Source: Octopus sinensis (taxonomy: Eukaryota). From it: a stretch of 64,000 nucleotides of DNA. The stretch is from NCBI RefSeq assembly GCF_006345805.1, contig NC_043004.1:52266001-52330000 (forward strand). Reading direction: 5' to 3'. The notes below the pieces were generated by a model that saw nothing but the letters and a program-made list of their open reading frames with translations, did not search any database and was not told where the DNA came from. Shown here piece after piece: positions 52,807 through 64,000 of the stretch (positions are counted from its first letter, which is position 1; each line of letters opens with the position of its first letter). A program made the position numbers and the translations under genes.

Positions 52807-53095
52807 CAGTGTGTGGTGGGTAAATTGTCGCTATTTTACATTTTTTATTTCGCGCACGCCCATTGTTTGTTTTGAATTTTGTCGACCACATCTATGGCAA
52901 AAAGCATCACTATGAGGAAATTCACTTTGCCAGAACTTTGGAAACGACATGCTGTCTTGCTTGGCATTCGTGCCGTATGTTCCAATACAAACAGATGGAG
53001 AAGACACAGAAAAACCATTGGTTTGCAGTGTCGCGAAAACATGTACCGGAAGTAATAAGAATCAAACATCAAGTCAATATCATGGACACGCAGCC
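52807..53095 (+). mobile_element. Internally deleted Tc1/mariner (maT/DD37D-like) 5' end
   Basis: TA|CAGTGTGTGGTGGGTAAATTGTCGC terminus; MRKFTLPELWKRHAVLLGIRA; HVPEVIRIKHQVNIM (cf. VPRVMKTKxPxxVM). Confidence 0.6.
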
Positions 53096-53099
53096 GAAA

Positions 53100-53340
53100 T
53101 GGCGTGGCACCGAGGAACTCTGTAGTAATTTTACTCCACAGAGTGCTTACCTTGGAGATTAGAGACTTCCTCGAGTTGCTACTTGTCCGCATTGAAAAGT
53201 CACAGTTTGGGTACTATGGATATGTGATTAGAATATGGTAGGAACGAATTTCAAGAAAGATCCTTCAAGACAAGCCAACCAGCAGGAGACATGATGGTAG
53301 ACCAGAAACGAGGTTCTTGCATAATATCCGCAGTCTCAGG
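53100..53340 (+). mobile_element. RTE-clade LINE C-terminal fragment
   Basis: LLHRVLTLEIRDFL..RIEKSQFGYYGYVIRI..RISRKILQDKPTSRRHDGRPETRFLHNI. Confidence 0.75.
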
Positions 53341-55481
53341 TACCTGAGAACTCTCCCTCCACTATTCCTTCCCAAGCAGAATGTCTAGAGAAGATATCGT
53401 AGTGGTTTTATTTCCGTTTTTTTTTCAATGAAACATTAAACATATGTAATAGTGCTATGTTGTATTTAGTTTATGGTGTTACGGTACAACTTTTGAAAAT
53501 ATCTTTGTTGATATTTCTTTAATGCTTTAAATTGAGGACATCGACCATATCTTTTTTTTCTCAGATCTCTGAATAATTTTAACAATTCTTCTTCTTTTAC
53601 AAAGTTTACATTTAGCCAATGTTACCAGGTTCTTGTTTTATTTTAACGATATTATCCTGCAGGATGAATATGACCAATATGGGACATAGGAAGCTGTCAA
53701 TTTATTATAAAGCATTAATGCAGTGAGCTGGCATAATCTTTAACATACCAGGAAAAATTCTTAGCTGTATTTCGTCTGTATTTTTGTTCCGATTTCAAAT
53801 GCCCTTGGGGTCGCCTTTGCCTTTGATCAATTTAGAGTCAATAAATAAACACCAGTTGATCGCTGGCGTCGACGTAATTGATTTACCCGCTTCTCCGAAA
53901 CTGCTTTCTTCGAAAATTTATTGCGTGTAAGCACCCCTTCTATTGCAATGTCTATCATAGAGAAAATTTACATGTTTACAGTCATGTGGTGATCCTGAAA
54001 GTGGAACTCAGTTCATAACCTTTACCTGCCTAAGGAAACTGTGGCTATGATACAACCCCCCCCCCCAAGATTCCAACATTGAAATATTTGTGTTAGTAGA
54101 GGTTCACTAGGATGCAGCTATTCAATGTTGCCAGAGAATGTCGGTTTATTAACGATTTACTCTAGAGGAGAGAGAGGACGAATTTGTCTGCCGACCTCTC
54201 ACTCTGTCACTCTGTTATAAAGGATGAGATTTTAACTAATGCTCCTCCTTGGTATTGTTTGTCTTCGTAAAAGTTTGCAACGTTCTCCAGAGTTGTCATA
54301 TCCTGGTGTTTTACCAAGAATCTTATTTGTTTTAATCTGAGCCCACGATTTTTATTTGACATATGAAACCGACTCTACTGTAAACCATTTTCTCTTAAAT
54401 ACTCATTTCTGTAATAGAGGTTTGTTGCAAGGGTGCAGTTATCCAGATGTTGCCTTAAACTGCAGAATTGTTTCAAACGATGTGATGCTGAAATGTTAAG
54501 ATGTGAAAATATTACAATATTACCATGTTGATATCTTGCCAATGTAATGGTTGTGGCGATGATGATAATTCTTGTTATATTCATAGCTTAGCTGTCTTAT
54601 TGCGTTTCTGCTCTGGAGTGCCAATAGAGGCAAAGAGAACTAGAGACGGAGAGGAGAGCAAGAAGTAGAATAGAGAAAGAGAGGGGGGAAATGATGATAG
54701 TGAGGAAAAGCATAGAGAAAGAGAGATAGAGTGAAGGATAAAGAGAGGAAGGTGTGCTATGAAGAAAGAAAGAGAAAGAGAAAAGTGGAGAGAAAAAGCA
54801 GATGAATCACTGAAGGAAGAAATTATTTTTAAGACTATGAAGAGGGAGGAATAGAAAGGTAGAAAGAGGGAGAGAAACAAACTGAATGAGAAAGGGAAAA
54901 AAGAATGAAAGAGAGAGTGAACAAAAGTAGAGTGTAGAAGAGACAGCGTGTGAAAGAGAGGGCATGAGACAGAGAACACTTGAAATAGAGGGCGTGCGCT
55001 AGAAATAGTGAGTGAGAATGCGCGAGAGAAAGGGAGAGAGAGGAAGGAGGGCCAAATAAATTAGAGGGGGATAGAGTGAGAAAATAAGAGAGACACGGAG
55101 GAATGAAGATATAGGAGATTCAAGTTAAGAAAGAGAGAGAGAGAGAGAGAATGGGGTAGGAAGGAATAAGGGAGAGATAATATGGTTAACATGGCATTAA
55201 ACATCAGTGACCTGTTGAGTGATCTGAAGAGAGACCAAGAGTCCTTCAAAAATTTCGATTATCTCCATCAGCAACATATTCCTCCATTCCTATCCCTTCC
55301 TCGTAGTCGACCTCCTCCTCCACATCCCTTACCGTTTGATAATCGTCCATAATCATCTTCAACACCACTATCATCGTCGTCGTCGTCATCAACATAATCA
55401 TCATCATCAACATCATACTTATTATCGTCTTCATAGTCGCTGCCGTCGTCATGACGGTGATAATAATAATAATAATAATAA

Positions 55482-55528
<47 letters not shown>

Positions 55529-55548
55529 TTATAATTATTATTATTATA

Positions 55549-55587
<39 letters not shown>

Positions 55588-55774
55588 CATTGTTATTATT
55601 ATTATAATCTTGTTATTACTGATATGTTCTTTTTTAAACCAGAGCTATCTCATTGAATTATCGATTCTATTCTTTTGATAAAAATAAGCTAAAAAATGTG
55701 AGTAGGACTAACGTTAAAAAAAACAAAAACATAAACATACAAAACAAAGCAAATAATAAATAAACAACGATAAC

Positions 55775-55829
<55 letters not shown>

Positions 55830-55900
55830 AATATGTTCATACACACACATATATATATCTATCTATCCATCAATCCATCCATCTATCCATCCGTCTATCC

Positions 55901-55976
<76 letters not shown>

Positions 55977-56219
55977 ATATATATATAGATGTATATATAT
56001 ATATATATTATATATATATATATATATATATTGTTTTCAGTTTTATTATAATTCATCTTCATTAAGATGGCAACCAGAATTACAGTTTTCCTCGTCATGG
56101 TCTGACAGTGCCACAGGGAAAATCGTGTAAAACAACATCCGATAATTTTTGGTTATTCAAAGAAAGAAAATATAATTGTATTTCTTTATATTTTTTGGAT
56201 AATATTTTATATTCTCTTA

Positions 56220-56254
<35 letters not shown>

Positions 56255-56269
56255 ATTTCTAGATCGTGA

Positions 56270-57150
56270 AACGATAGAAAACTGTTGAATAGAAACACTG
56301 AAGCATTGCAGAGAGAGATAAAATAGCTTCGGGAGCTTTGGTGGAGAGCGTAGATGAAGTCTTTTGGTGAGACCGTAGATGAAGTGAGGCATTTACTGAG
56401 CCCATTGATGTAGTTTTTGATGAGGTCATAGCTTAGGCTTTTGTTCAGGTTTTGGGTAGGAGATGCTTTCAGTTTTTACTTTCTATTTTTCCGTGAGTTC
56501 GGCGAAGTAGCATCTGAATTCCTTGGTCAGGTGATAGCTTAGCAATTTCGGTTTGAAATTTGGAAATGAGGAATATTTTTTGTTGAAGTTAGAGCTTAGT
56601 TCTACAGTAATTTTCCATTAGAGTTTTAGGGTTGAGAGACAAAGGATGTTTTTCGACGAGGAAATTAACGGAGGTTTTAATGAAATTACAACTGAATCCT
56701 TCAGTGAACAGCAAAATTCTTTTGATGGAATGGGGCGAAGAAACCACAGAATATTTTGTGGAAGATATAATTGTGTTTTTCCCACGAAGTGACAGCGGAG
56801 CTTTTGACGATGAGGTAACAACGGAATTTCTGGTGAAGTTACACTTTATATTTGTCTCTAATCTGTACGTAAAGTATTGGAAGTGAGGAAACAAGCATTT
56901 ATTGATGTTCAACCAGGTCCTTATGATTTTGTCTGCCTATAATAAGTTACAATCTTACGATTCGTCTATCGACAAGCTGATATTGTATCTGTCCTCCCAA
57001 TGTAGCAGCTAATGTTATTGTCACTGACCAAATAAATGGCTTAAGAACACTTTCTGATCGCTGGATATCTTTCGCAAAATCTACTTAGATCCAAGGATTC
57101 CGTACAAATTTGCACTTTTTCTTTCATTCTCACGGCAATCGCAGAGGTTC
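56270..57150 (-). mobile_element. Old Penelope-like RT N-terminal fragment
   Basis: LSLRGKNTIIS (cf. LxSLxxNxDIII) and PHFIYGLTK (cf. PRFYGLPK); otherwise very decayed. Confidence 0.4.
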
Positions 57151-57859
57151 CATAAATAAATAATAAGCACTGATTTACTTCCTATGAATAAATCGTTTCT
57201 TTACAATATACACAATTCAGCAACCATTTATTACCATCAGTGACAATATGAGAAAGTGTATGAATGATGCTAACGTGTATTGTACTTCTATGTATTATTT
57301 GGATACCGATAATAAATGAGAACGATATAAAGGCTATTCCATAGTAATAGCAGAATTACTCTCTTACACTTTACCAATTACCTTGCCAAACGTTAGATTC
57401 TTTTACCTTTTCTATATTTTTGACGGGTTTTTCTATCATATAACTTACATAATATTGGTTGCCCATAAATTACCTGTAAAAGGAACTTACTTTAGGTTCG
57501 GAATTAATGTTGTTCTGTTGTTGTTGGTAGTTGTGGTATTAGTGCTTCTGTTACTTCGTACAATCCGAGATATATGCAGCATAGGATTGATGTCAATAAC
57601 AGACAATCCTGCTACGGTGGGTATAAAAAAATGGTCCTCCCATTTTTCGTTCCTCTGTACCGGACTCGGGTCTCCATTACTCAAAATATAACAATGCTTT
57701 TTATAACTGGCATAAGACTCGAAATTTGAAGGGTGGGGTGAGGTGGGATGTCGATTACATCGACCAGAATGTTCAACTGGTATTTTCATTATAGATGCAA
57801 TGCAAAGTCGACCTCGGCAGAATTTGAACTCAGAAAGTAAAGACGGTCGCTAAGCGTAA

Positions 57860-58087
57860 CTTTGAGCGGGATGGGCTACACGACCTGGCGAAAATTCTTA
57901 CTGCTCCTCACCTGCAAGGTCAAGTCCAGTTTATCTTGATATGCAATCACCAAGTCGCACACATCTGGTTGTGATGCATATACCTGGTGCATGCTTATCA
58001 GATGGGTAGTCATGAAGGGTATATTGTGCTTCATATATTTGTACCCCAGTTTCAATTTGAATCCATGCGGCTGCTCTCTTACTCACT
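57860..58087 (+). mobile_element. (AAT)n-associated non-coding element, 3' part, diverged
   Basis: Matches 62107-62330; followed by a (GAT)/(AAT)n tail. Confidence 0.8.
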
Positions 58088-58214
58088 AATGACGATGATG
58101 CTGATGATGCTGATGATAATAATAATAATAATAATAATAAATAATAATAATAATAATAATAACAGTAATAATAATAATAATGACAATGATAATAATAATA
58201 ATAATAATATAATA

Positions 58215-58530
58215 GAGAAGAGCATTGTCGATGTGAGAACTGTTGCTGCTCATGTATTTTAATCACGTATTGAGAAGAGCATTGTCGATGTGAGAACTGT
58301 TGCTGCTCATGTATTTTAATCACGTATTGAGAAGAGCATTGTCGATGTGAGAACTGTTGCTGCTCATGTATTTTAATTTAAAAAAAAAAAAAAAATGAAC
58401 GAACTATTGAGTTTGGTTTAATGGCCTACCAATGTATACTACCAATGTATACTATGAGTTTCTTTGCCCTAGGAGTCGGGAAGACACTCGGCAAGAAATG
58501 GAAGCAAATTTGAAAGAAGAAAGAAAAAGT
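58215..58530 (+). mobile_element. Extreme 3' end of the young Dong family, with a 57-bp triplication
   Basis: Nearly identical to the reverse complement of 36585-36775; flanked by (AAT)n on both sides. Confidence 0.92.
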
Positions 58531-58656
58531 AATAATAATAATAATAATAACAGTAATAATATTAATAATGACAATGATAATAATAATAATAATAAGAAGA
58601 AGAAGAAGAAGAAGAAGACTAAGGAGAAGAAGAAGACTAAGAAGAAGAAGAAGATT

Positions 58657-61415
58657 GATTTCTTTATGAACCACAAATGTTTACATTGAGAAAAACATTA
58701 TGGACACCACATGACAAAACAAAGAATGTGTGTGTGTTTTGAGGCTTTGCGTGTAAATAAAAGTAACAAAATTTAAAAAAAGACAATAATGTGTGATCCT
58801 CAGTAGGGAGGCGTTCGGCGGCTACTCATAGAAAAAAACCCATAAAAAACATGGGTGACTTGACTTTTGGGGCAAGTGCTTTTGTCTTTCCTTTTTTTCC
58901 AACTACAGACATATGCTGAGGGTCGGCCAGTTCATTCGCACCATTCTCGTCCCTTTCATCCATCTTTCAGCAAACTGACTTCATCTGCCTTTCAAATGAA
59001 ACTTGAAGAAGTTCTTCAGGGATTAGCCAAAGAGAAAAGTGCTCATCCAACATACAGCCTCTTTCGCCATGGTCACAAGGCATATAAAAACAGCCTTTCC
59101 TTCCCAGTCAAAGGACAGCGCGGGGTGCTATTTACGATGGATTAAGTTGACAGCCGGATCCGTCACACATGCGACAGTAGGTGTTCGACATAAACTCACA
59201 GGTCAGCAATGCTCAGGCACTGGACGAGTGCATGCAGGACCGTCTCGTCATCCCACGCGCATCTCGAACACGCTCGACTGACGGCACTTCCGTTCAAGTA
59301 AAGTTGATCTCGAACAGGCAAAGCTTTTCGGTATCACTGTCTGGTCAAAAATTCTTAGAAATTATCCATCGGTCTCGGCCCGAAAGCTCTCCAGGAAAGA
59401 CATCTCTCCAGGAACGCCGTCGCACTTTTCCTCCACTAATCCTGTATGAAAAATTAAAGTGGACCTTCCACTTATCGCATTGAGTAAGGGCTGTAAGCGC
59501 TTGAAGACATGACACTTTCCAAATTCTTCTCTTTGGTCTCTGTTTTATCCAGGCCTGCAGCTCGGTTAAAGAAACTAGCTGCGAGAATACATGCTTGGAT
59601 ACAGCGACCACACCTGTTCACCGTCTGTGCATGATCAACCACATCATACCCAGGCCGCCATGCAGGAGGTGCTGACAGCAGATAGAACACCTGACCATCG
59701 GCACACGTCCCTTCTACTAGAAGCAGAAGAGTATACGCTCCAGCGTAATCAGGCGGTGGCCAGGACAAGATGCGACGGTCAGGCGATAGTAGATGACGGA
59801 CGCGATATATGCGTTAGTCACCTCTGCCCGACCTTTCAGAGATAGCGTCTTCTAAGCCCATTTCTGGGTGAGAATAGTGACCCCGCTCGTTACCTCGTCC
59901 CAAATCTTGTCCACCTGGAGATACAGACCGAACCAGACCCCGATCAATTTAACCGGTCCATCCGTCCAGCGCCCAACAAAGCAGTTGGATGGCAAGGACT
60001 TACTTCTCCGGGGGCCGAACCAGAAGCATAATGATTTTTCCTGGTTAATTGTCTCTCCTCAAACCCTCTCGTAGTCTCTGAAAGCGGTGTCGATCATTTC
60101 TATGTGTTTACAATCCGACGTCACTACAGTGGCGTCGTCGGCGGAAACTGACACGTATCTCCCATGCAGGATGTCTCTCAACGCCTCCTTTTGTGTAGTA
60201 GTGGCTCGAGAAGCAGTACGTGGAAGAGAGGCGAGAGGCGACAAACTTGTCAGACCTAGCGCATGAAGTTGAACGGCTCTGAGAGGTGAGGGTTCACTCT
60301 CTTCACTGAACAGATGTTACTGTGCATTACAGCGATCAAGGCCCTGAAGAGTGACCCGAAACAAGCTGCCTTGAGGATCGTCGCCAAGTATAGATAGTCG
60401 ACCCTATCGAAAGCTTTAGGCTGATCTAAATTGATCAGGGCCCAACCCGTACCGGGTTCTTTAGGCACTTTCTCAAATATATATTGCATGAGGTGGAGGT
60501 TGTCGTGGATAGATCTTTTATGGATGGTACATGTCTGTGCCTCTCCTAGTAGATCGATGAAAAGTGCCAATCTGGAAGCTAACACTTCAGCCAAACTTTT
60601 TTACTCTGTATTCTTCAGATTTATGGGCTTAAAGTTGTCACTACGATCCCATTTTTCGGGTATTTTGTAAGCAACGCCACCGCTCCTTGACTCCCAAAAC
60701 TGGGAATTCTCCTATTCTTTTGCCAGTTGCAGCAAACATTTACTAGCAGGTCGTCGAACAAATTTGGCATGTAAGCGTAAATCTCGTAGGACAACTATCC
60801 TAACCAAGCGAATTACCCTTCATGCAGATAGCTATTGCTTCCTGTATTTCAAACGCTGTTATCAGGTTTTCTCGGCGCTCCGCCTTCTTCGTAGTGAGCC
60901 GAGCAGACCGTCGAGGTAGGATATGAAATCCATCTCGAGATCCGGATGACCGCTGCTCCAGAGGCGCCGCTGAAAGGCCGCACATATCTGTCTCGGATAA
61001 TTTATTTGCCCTTCGTCGTCCGGATAGAATCGGATCGTGGATTTATTGCCACGCCGTGCGTCTGCTATTCGGGCCCATTGATCGGCTTTCGTCCCTTCGT
61101 GTCTAAGTGCTCGTGCCTTAGCTCTGATAACGCAACCCTCATGTTTCGCGTTGAAGAATTGGTCGAGTGCTAATTTCGCTGCGGACACGTCGATCACAAT
61201 ACCTGTTCTAAAAGCATCGTCTAACTTCTTGCCTACCGCTGATTCTACTCTGTTTCTTCCTACTGCTAGTCCTTTGCTAAGCCTTATCGATTCTATTCTA
61301 ATCGCCCTTATTGTTGATTATTGCCCGTCAACTCCCTGTTAACTAGTTCCCTAATCTGGTCTCTGAAACATTTACGCCTCGGCTACGACGTTCTCAGCTT
61401 CCAGAAACCGGCTCC
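58657..61415 (-). mobile_element. 5'-truncated Tx1/L1-clade LINE ORF2 (RT plus C-terminus) and 3' UTR, decayed
   Basis: GCVIRAKA; EVLASRL..QTC..RSIHDNLHL..ALINLDQPKAFDRVD; VSADDATVV; QFAERW..TLSICL*; 3' end CATAAAGAAAT. Confidence 0.88.
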
Positions 61416-61419
61416 CAGT

Positions 61420-61705
61420 AACGGTATACATTAGAAGGGAAGAATACATGGTATACGACAATAGAAAAAGAAGGACAACATGTGATAGTGATGGGGTTTC
61501 CCTGATACAAGTGGATTTCTAGGGATAATCAAGGAACCCCTCCATTCAAGATCACCCTAAATACCAAGGACGAGAGCTCTGTCCAACTTCTTTCTTCCGA
61601 CTCACAGGCCTAGACTGAGAGTGGTACCACCCACTATTATTATTTTCAAAACTTTTACCCACCTTTTCATGAATTCACTCGAGGACAACACCTCCCTCAC
61701 TTTAT
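61420..61705 (-). mobile_element. Second Tx1-family 3' end
   Basis: REVLSSSEFMKRWVKV..TTLSLGL* parallels the C-terminus at about 58910-58980. Confidence 0.6.
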
Positions 61706-61750
61706 GATAATAACAAGAAGAAGAAGAAGAAGAAGAACAACAACAACAAC

Positions 61751-61800
<50 letters not shown>

Positions 61801-61801
<1 letters not shown>

Positions 61802-62330
61802 CTCCATGTCGCACACATATAGTTGTGATGCATGTGCCTAGTGTACCAAATGTCTTGGTATAAAAGATGGGCTACAGCAAATATTCTGCTCAATACCACA
61901 GACTTGTTTGTCAGTTGTTTGACCTTAACCAGTTGAGCATGTCCCTTAGTGGCTGGCTGACGATATGTGCATCTCTGATCACGCGCAGAAGTAGTGGGAG
62001 AGCATCATAGCCATGTGTTGAGAGGGATTCTTTGGGGCTTGAATAATTCACCTCTGAAAACATGGGTGTTTGGTTCAACATCATTAAATGACCCTTATTC
62101 AGGGACCTTTTGAGCGGGATGACTTACTCGACCAGAAGAAAATTCTAACTGGGCTCCACATGCAAGGTCATGCGCTGTTTATCTTGATGTGAGATCACCA
62201 TGTCACGCACATATGGTTGTGATGCATGTGCCTAGTGTACCCTTATCAGACGGGTAGTCATGATGGGTATACTGGGCTAGGTATATTTTACCCCAGTGTC
62301 ACTTTGATGGCAAGCACTGCTCTCTCACTC
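61801..62330 (+). mobile_element. (AAT)n-associated non-coding element with a 5'-junction duplication
   Basis: Body 61851-62330, flanked by (AAT)n on both sides; 61804-61847 duplicates 62198-62241. Confidence 0.9.
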
Positions 62331-62370
62331 AATAATAATAATATTAATAATAATAATAATAATAAGGATG

Positions 62371-62437
<67 letters not shown>

Positions 62438-62811
62438 CAATAATAATAATAACAATAATAATAATAATATTAATAATAATAATCATAATGATAATAATAA
62501 TAATAATAAAAATAATAATAAATCTAACGTTACCGCTATTAACATCACCAACACAACTACAATCCCCCCCCTATCGGCACAGCTACTTGTGTCATCTACA
62601 CCACCACCACTACCACCACCACCACCACCACCACCACCACCACCACCACAACAACAACAACAACAACAACAACAACAGCAACAACATCAACTACCACAAA
62701 TGGTGCATAGATGCCACAGATGTCGCACCTACTACTACTACTGCTGCTGCTTCTACCACCACTAACACCACGAAAACCACTACCAGCACCATAACCACCA
62801 CCACCACCACA

Positions 62812-62845
<34 letters not shown>

Positions 62846-62850
62846 ATACT
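62331..62850. repeat. Compound (AAT)n/(CAC)n/(CAA)n/(TAC)n microsatellites
   Basis: Read directly; source of the poly-N/P/Q/H/T ORFs. Confidence 0.9.
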
Positions 62851-63269
62851 ACTAGTGCTATTGCTATTGCTGTTTGCTGCTTTTCTCCCTGTTATTTTCG
62901 TATAGTCTTGCCTTACACCGCCTCATATTGTATAATATCCTATAGCTGTATGTGTGACTCTTACATAATATAATTTCGTTTTCTCCATACATTAAACCGT
63001 ACTATAAAGTACTTTTTCATAAACACTATTTGATATCTGATATTCTTTAAACAAAATGTAATATAATTCCGTACTGAAATGTAAATGCCAACTGTACTTA
63101 AAGTTTCTGAATCATCAGAACTACCGGGTTAGCTACATACGTATATACATACATACATACATACATACATACATACATACATACATGCATACAAAAATAC
63201 ATACACACACACACATATATATATATACTTACATAATCCATACATACACACATATTCATGCATAAACAC

Positions 63270-63317
<48 letters not shown>

Positions 63318-63368
63318 CACATACATACATACATATATATATATAAGTATATATATATATATGTGTGT

Positions 63369-63424
<56 letters not shown>

Positions 63425-64000
63425 GATATGTAATATATGATATATATATGTAATATGATATATATATATGTATATATATATATGTAAATTACTTAAAATC
63501 TTTCCCAACATGCTTTGCTCTCGAATTTGAAAGTGAAAGTTAAAAGACTAGCATCTGTGATTATATGCATACTTATAGAAGACATGTGTGGTGGTGGTGG
63601 TGGGGGATGGCTTTTGCAGTGGTAGTGAGGGTGGTAAAAATACTGGAAGCTGTTGCTATCCTGATAATGGCGCAGTTGGCGGTGATGATAGCGATGGTGG
63701 AGAGCTCCGAGCAAAAGATGAATATGAATTTGTTGTTGTTGGCAGTTGCGGTGTTGCTGTTGGTGATGCTGATGAAGTTGGTGATGTTTATTTTGCTATT
63801 AATGCGGTGGTGACGCTGTTGATGTCTATAGATGTGCTGAAAGCAATGGCGGAGGCTCTCGTATAGCAATGATGGTACTATAAAGATGGCGGTGTAATGA
63901 GCATATAGATGTCGACCATACTGTTAATGGGCTGGTCAAGATGGCGATGGTGACCATGTAGGCGCTAAATGCAATTGTAGTAGAGACTTATTACAAGTAT

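Noticed and set aside
54200-55350. CR1-like 3' fragment around an AG-rich tract
   Set aside because: Similarity is weak and boundaries cannot be defined without an HMM search.
58215-58377. CRISPR-like array
   Set aside because: The units are contiguous with no spacers and derive from the Dong 3' end; the context is eukaryotic.

Overview
This is AT-rich eukaryotic non-genic DNA, intergenic or deep intronic. It is almost entirely transposon debris and microsatellites, and I found no supportable host exon, RNA gene or prokaryotic feature. The repeat make-up resembles an octopus (coleoid cephalopod) genome; this is an inference I cannot verify. Recognisable elements: a near-full-length decayed HERO-clade LINE, several R4/Dong fragments (one young, with an open frame), Tx1/L1 and CR1/L2-group LINEs, at least five Penelope-like (PLE) fragments, RTE and mariner/maT scraps, three tRNA-SINE families and one palindromic MITE. 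Most ORFs in the track are microsatellite translations. Five observations stand out. (1) An ~865-bp near-perfect inverted duplication (35217-36082 / 39673-40537) reads as a recent templated insertion into an old Dong element. (2) There are about seven minimal hammerhead-ribozyme-like motifs, including a ~185-bp ribozyme-bearing unit repeated in (TA)n. (3) A ~540-bp non-coding element sits in (AAT)n tracts and may have a 5S-rRNA-derived head. (4) SINE dimers and trimers are bounded by single TSDs. (5) Two 5'-junction duplications suggest reverse-transcriptase template jumping. All translations, alignments and folds were done by eye.
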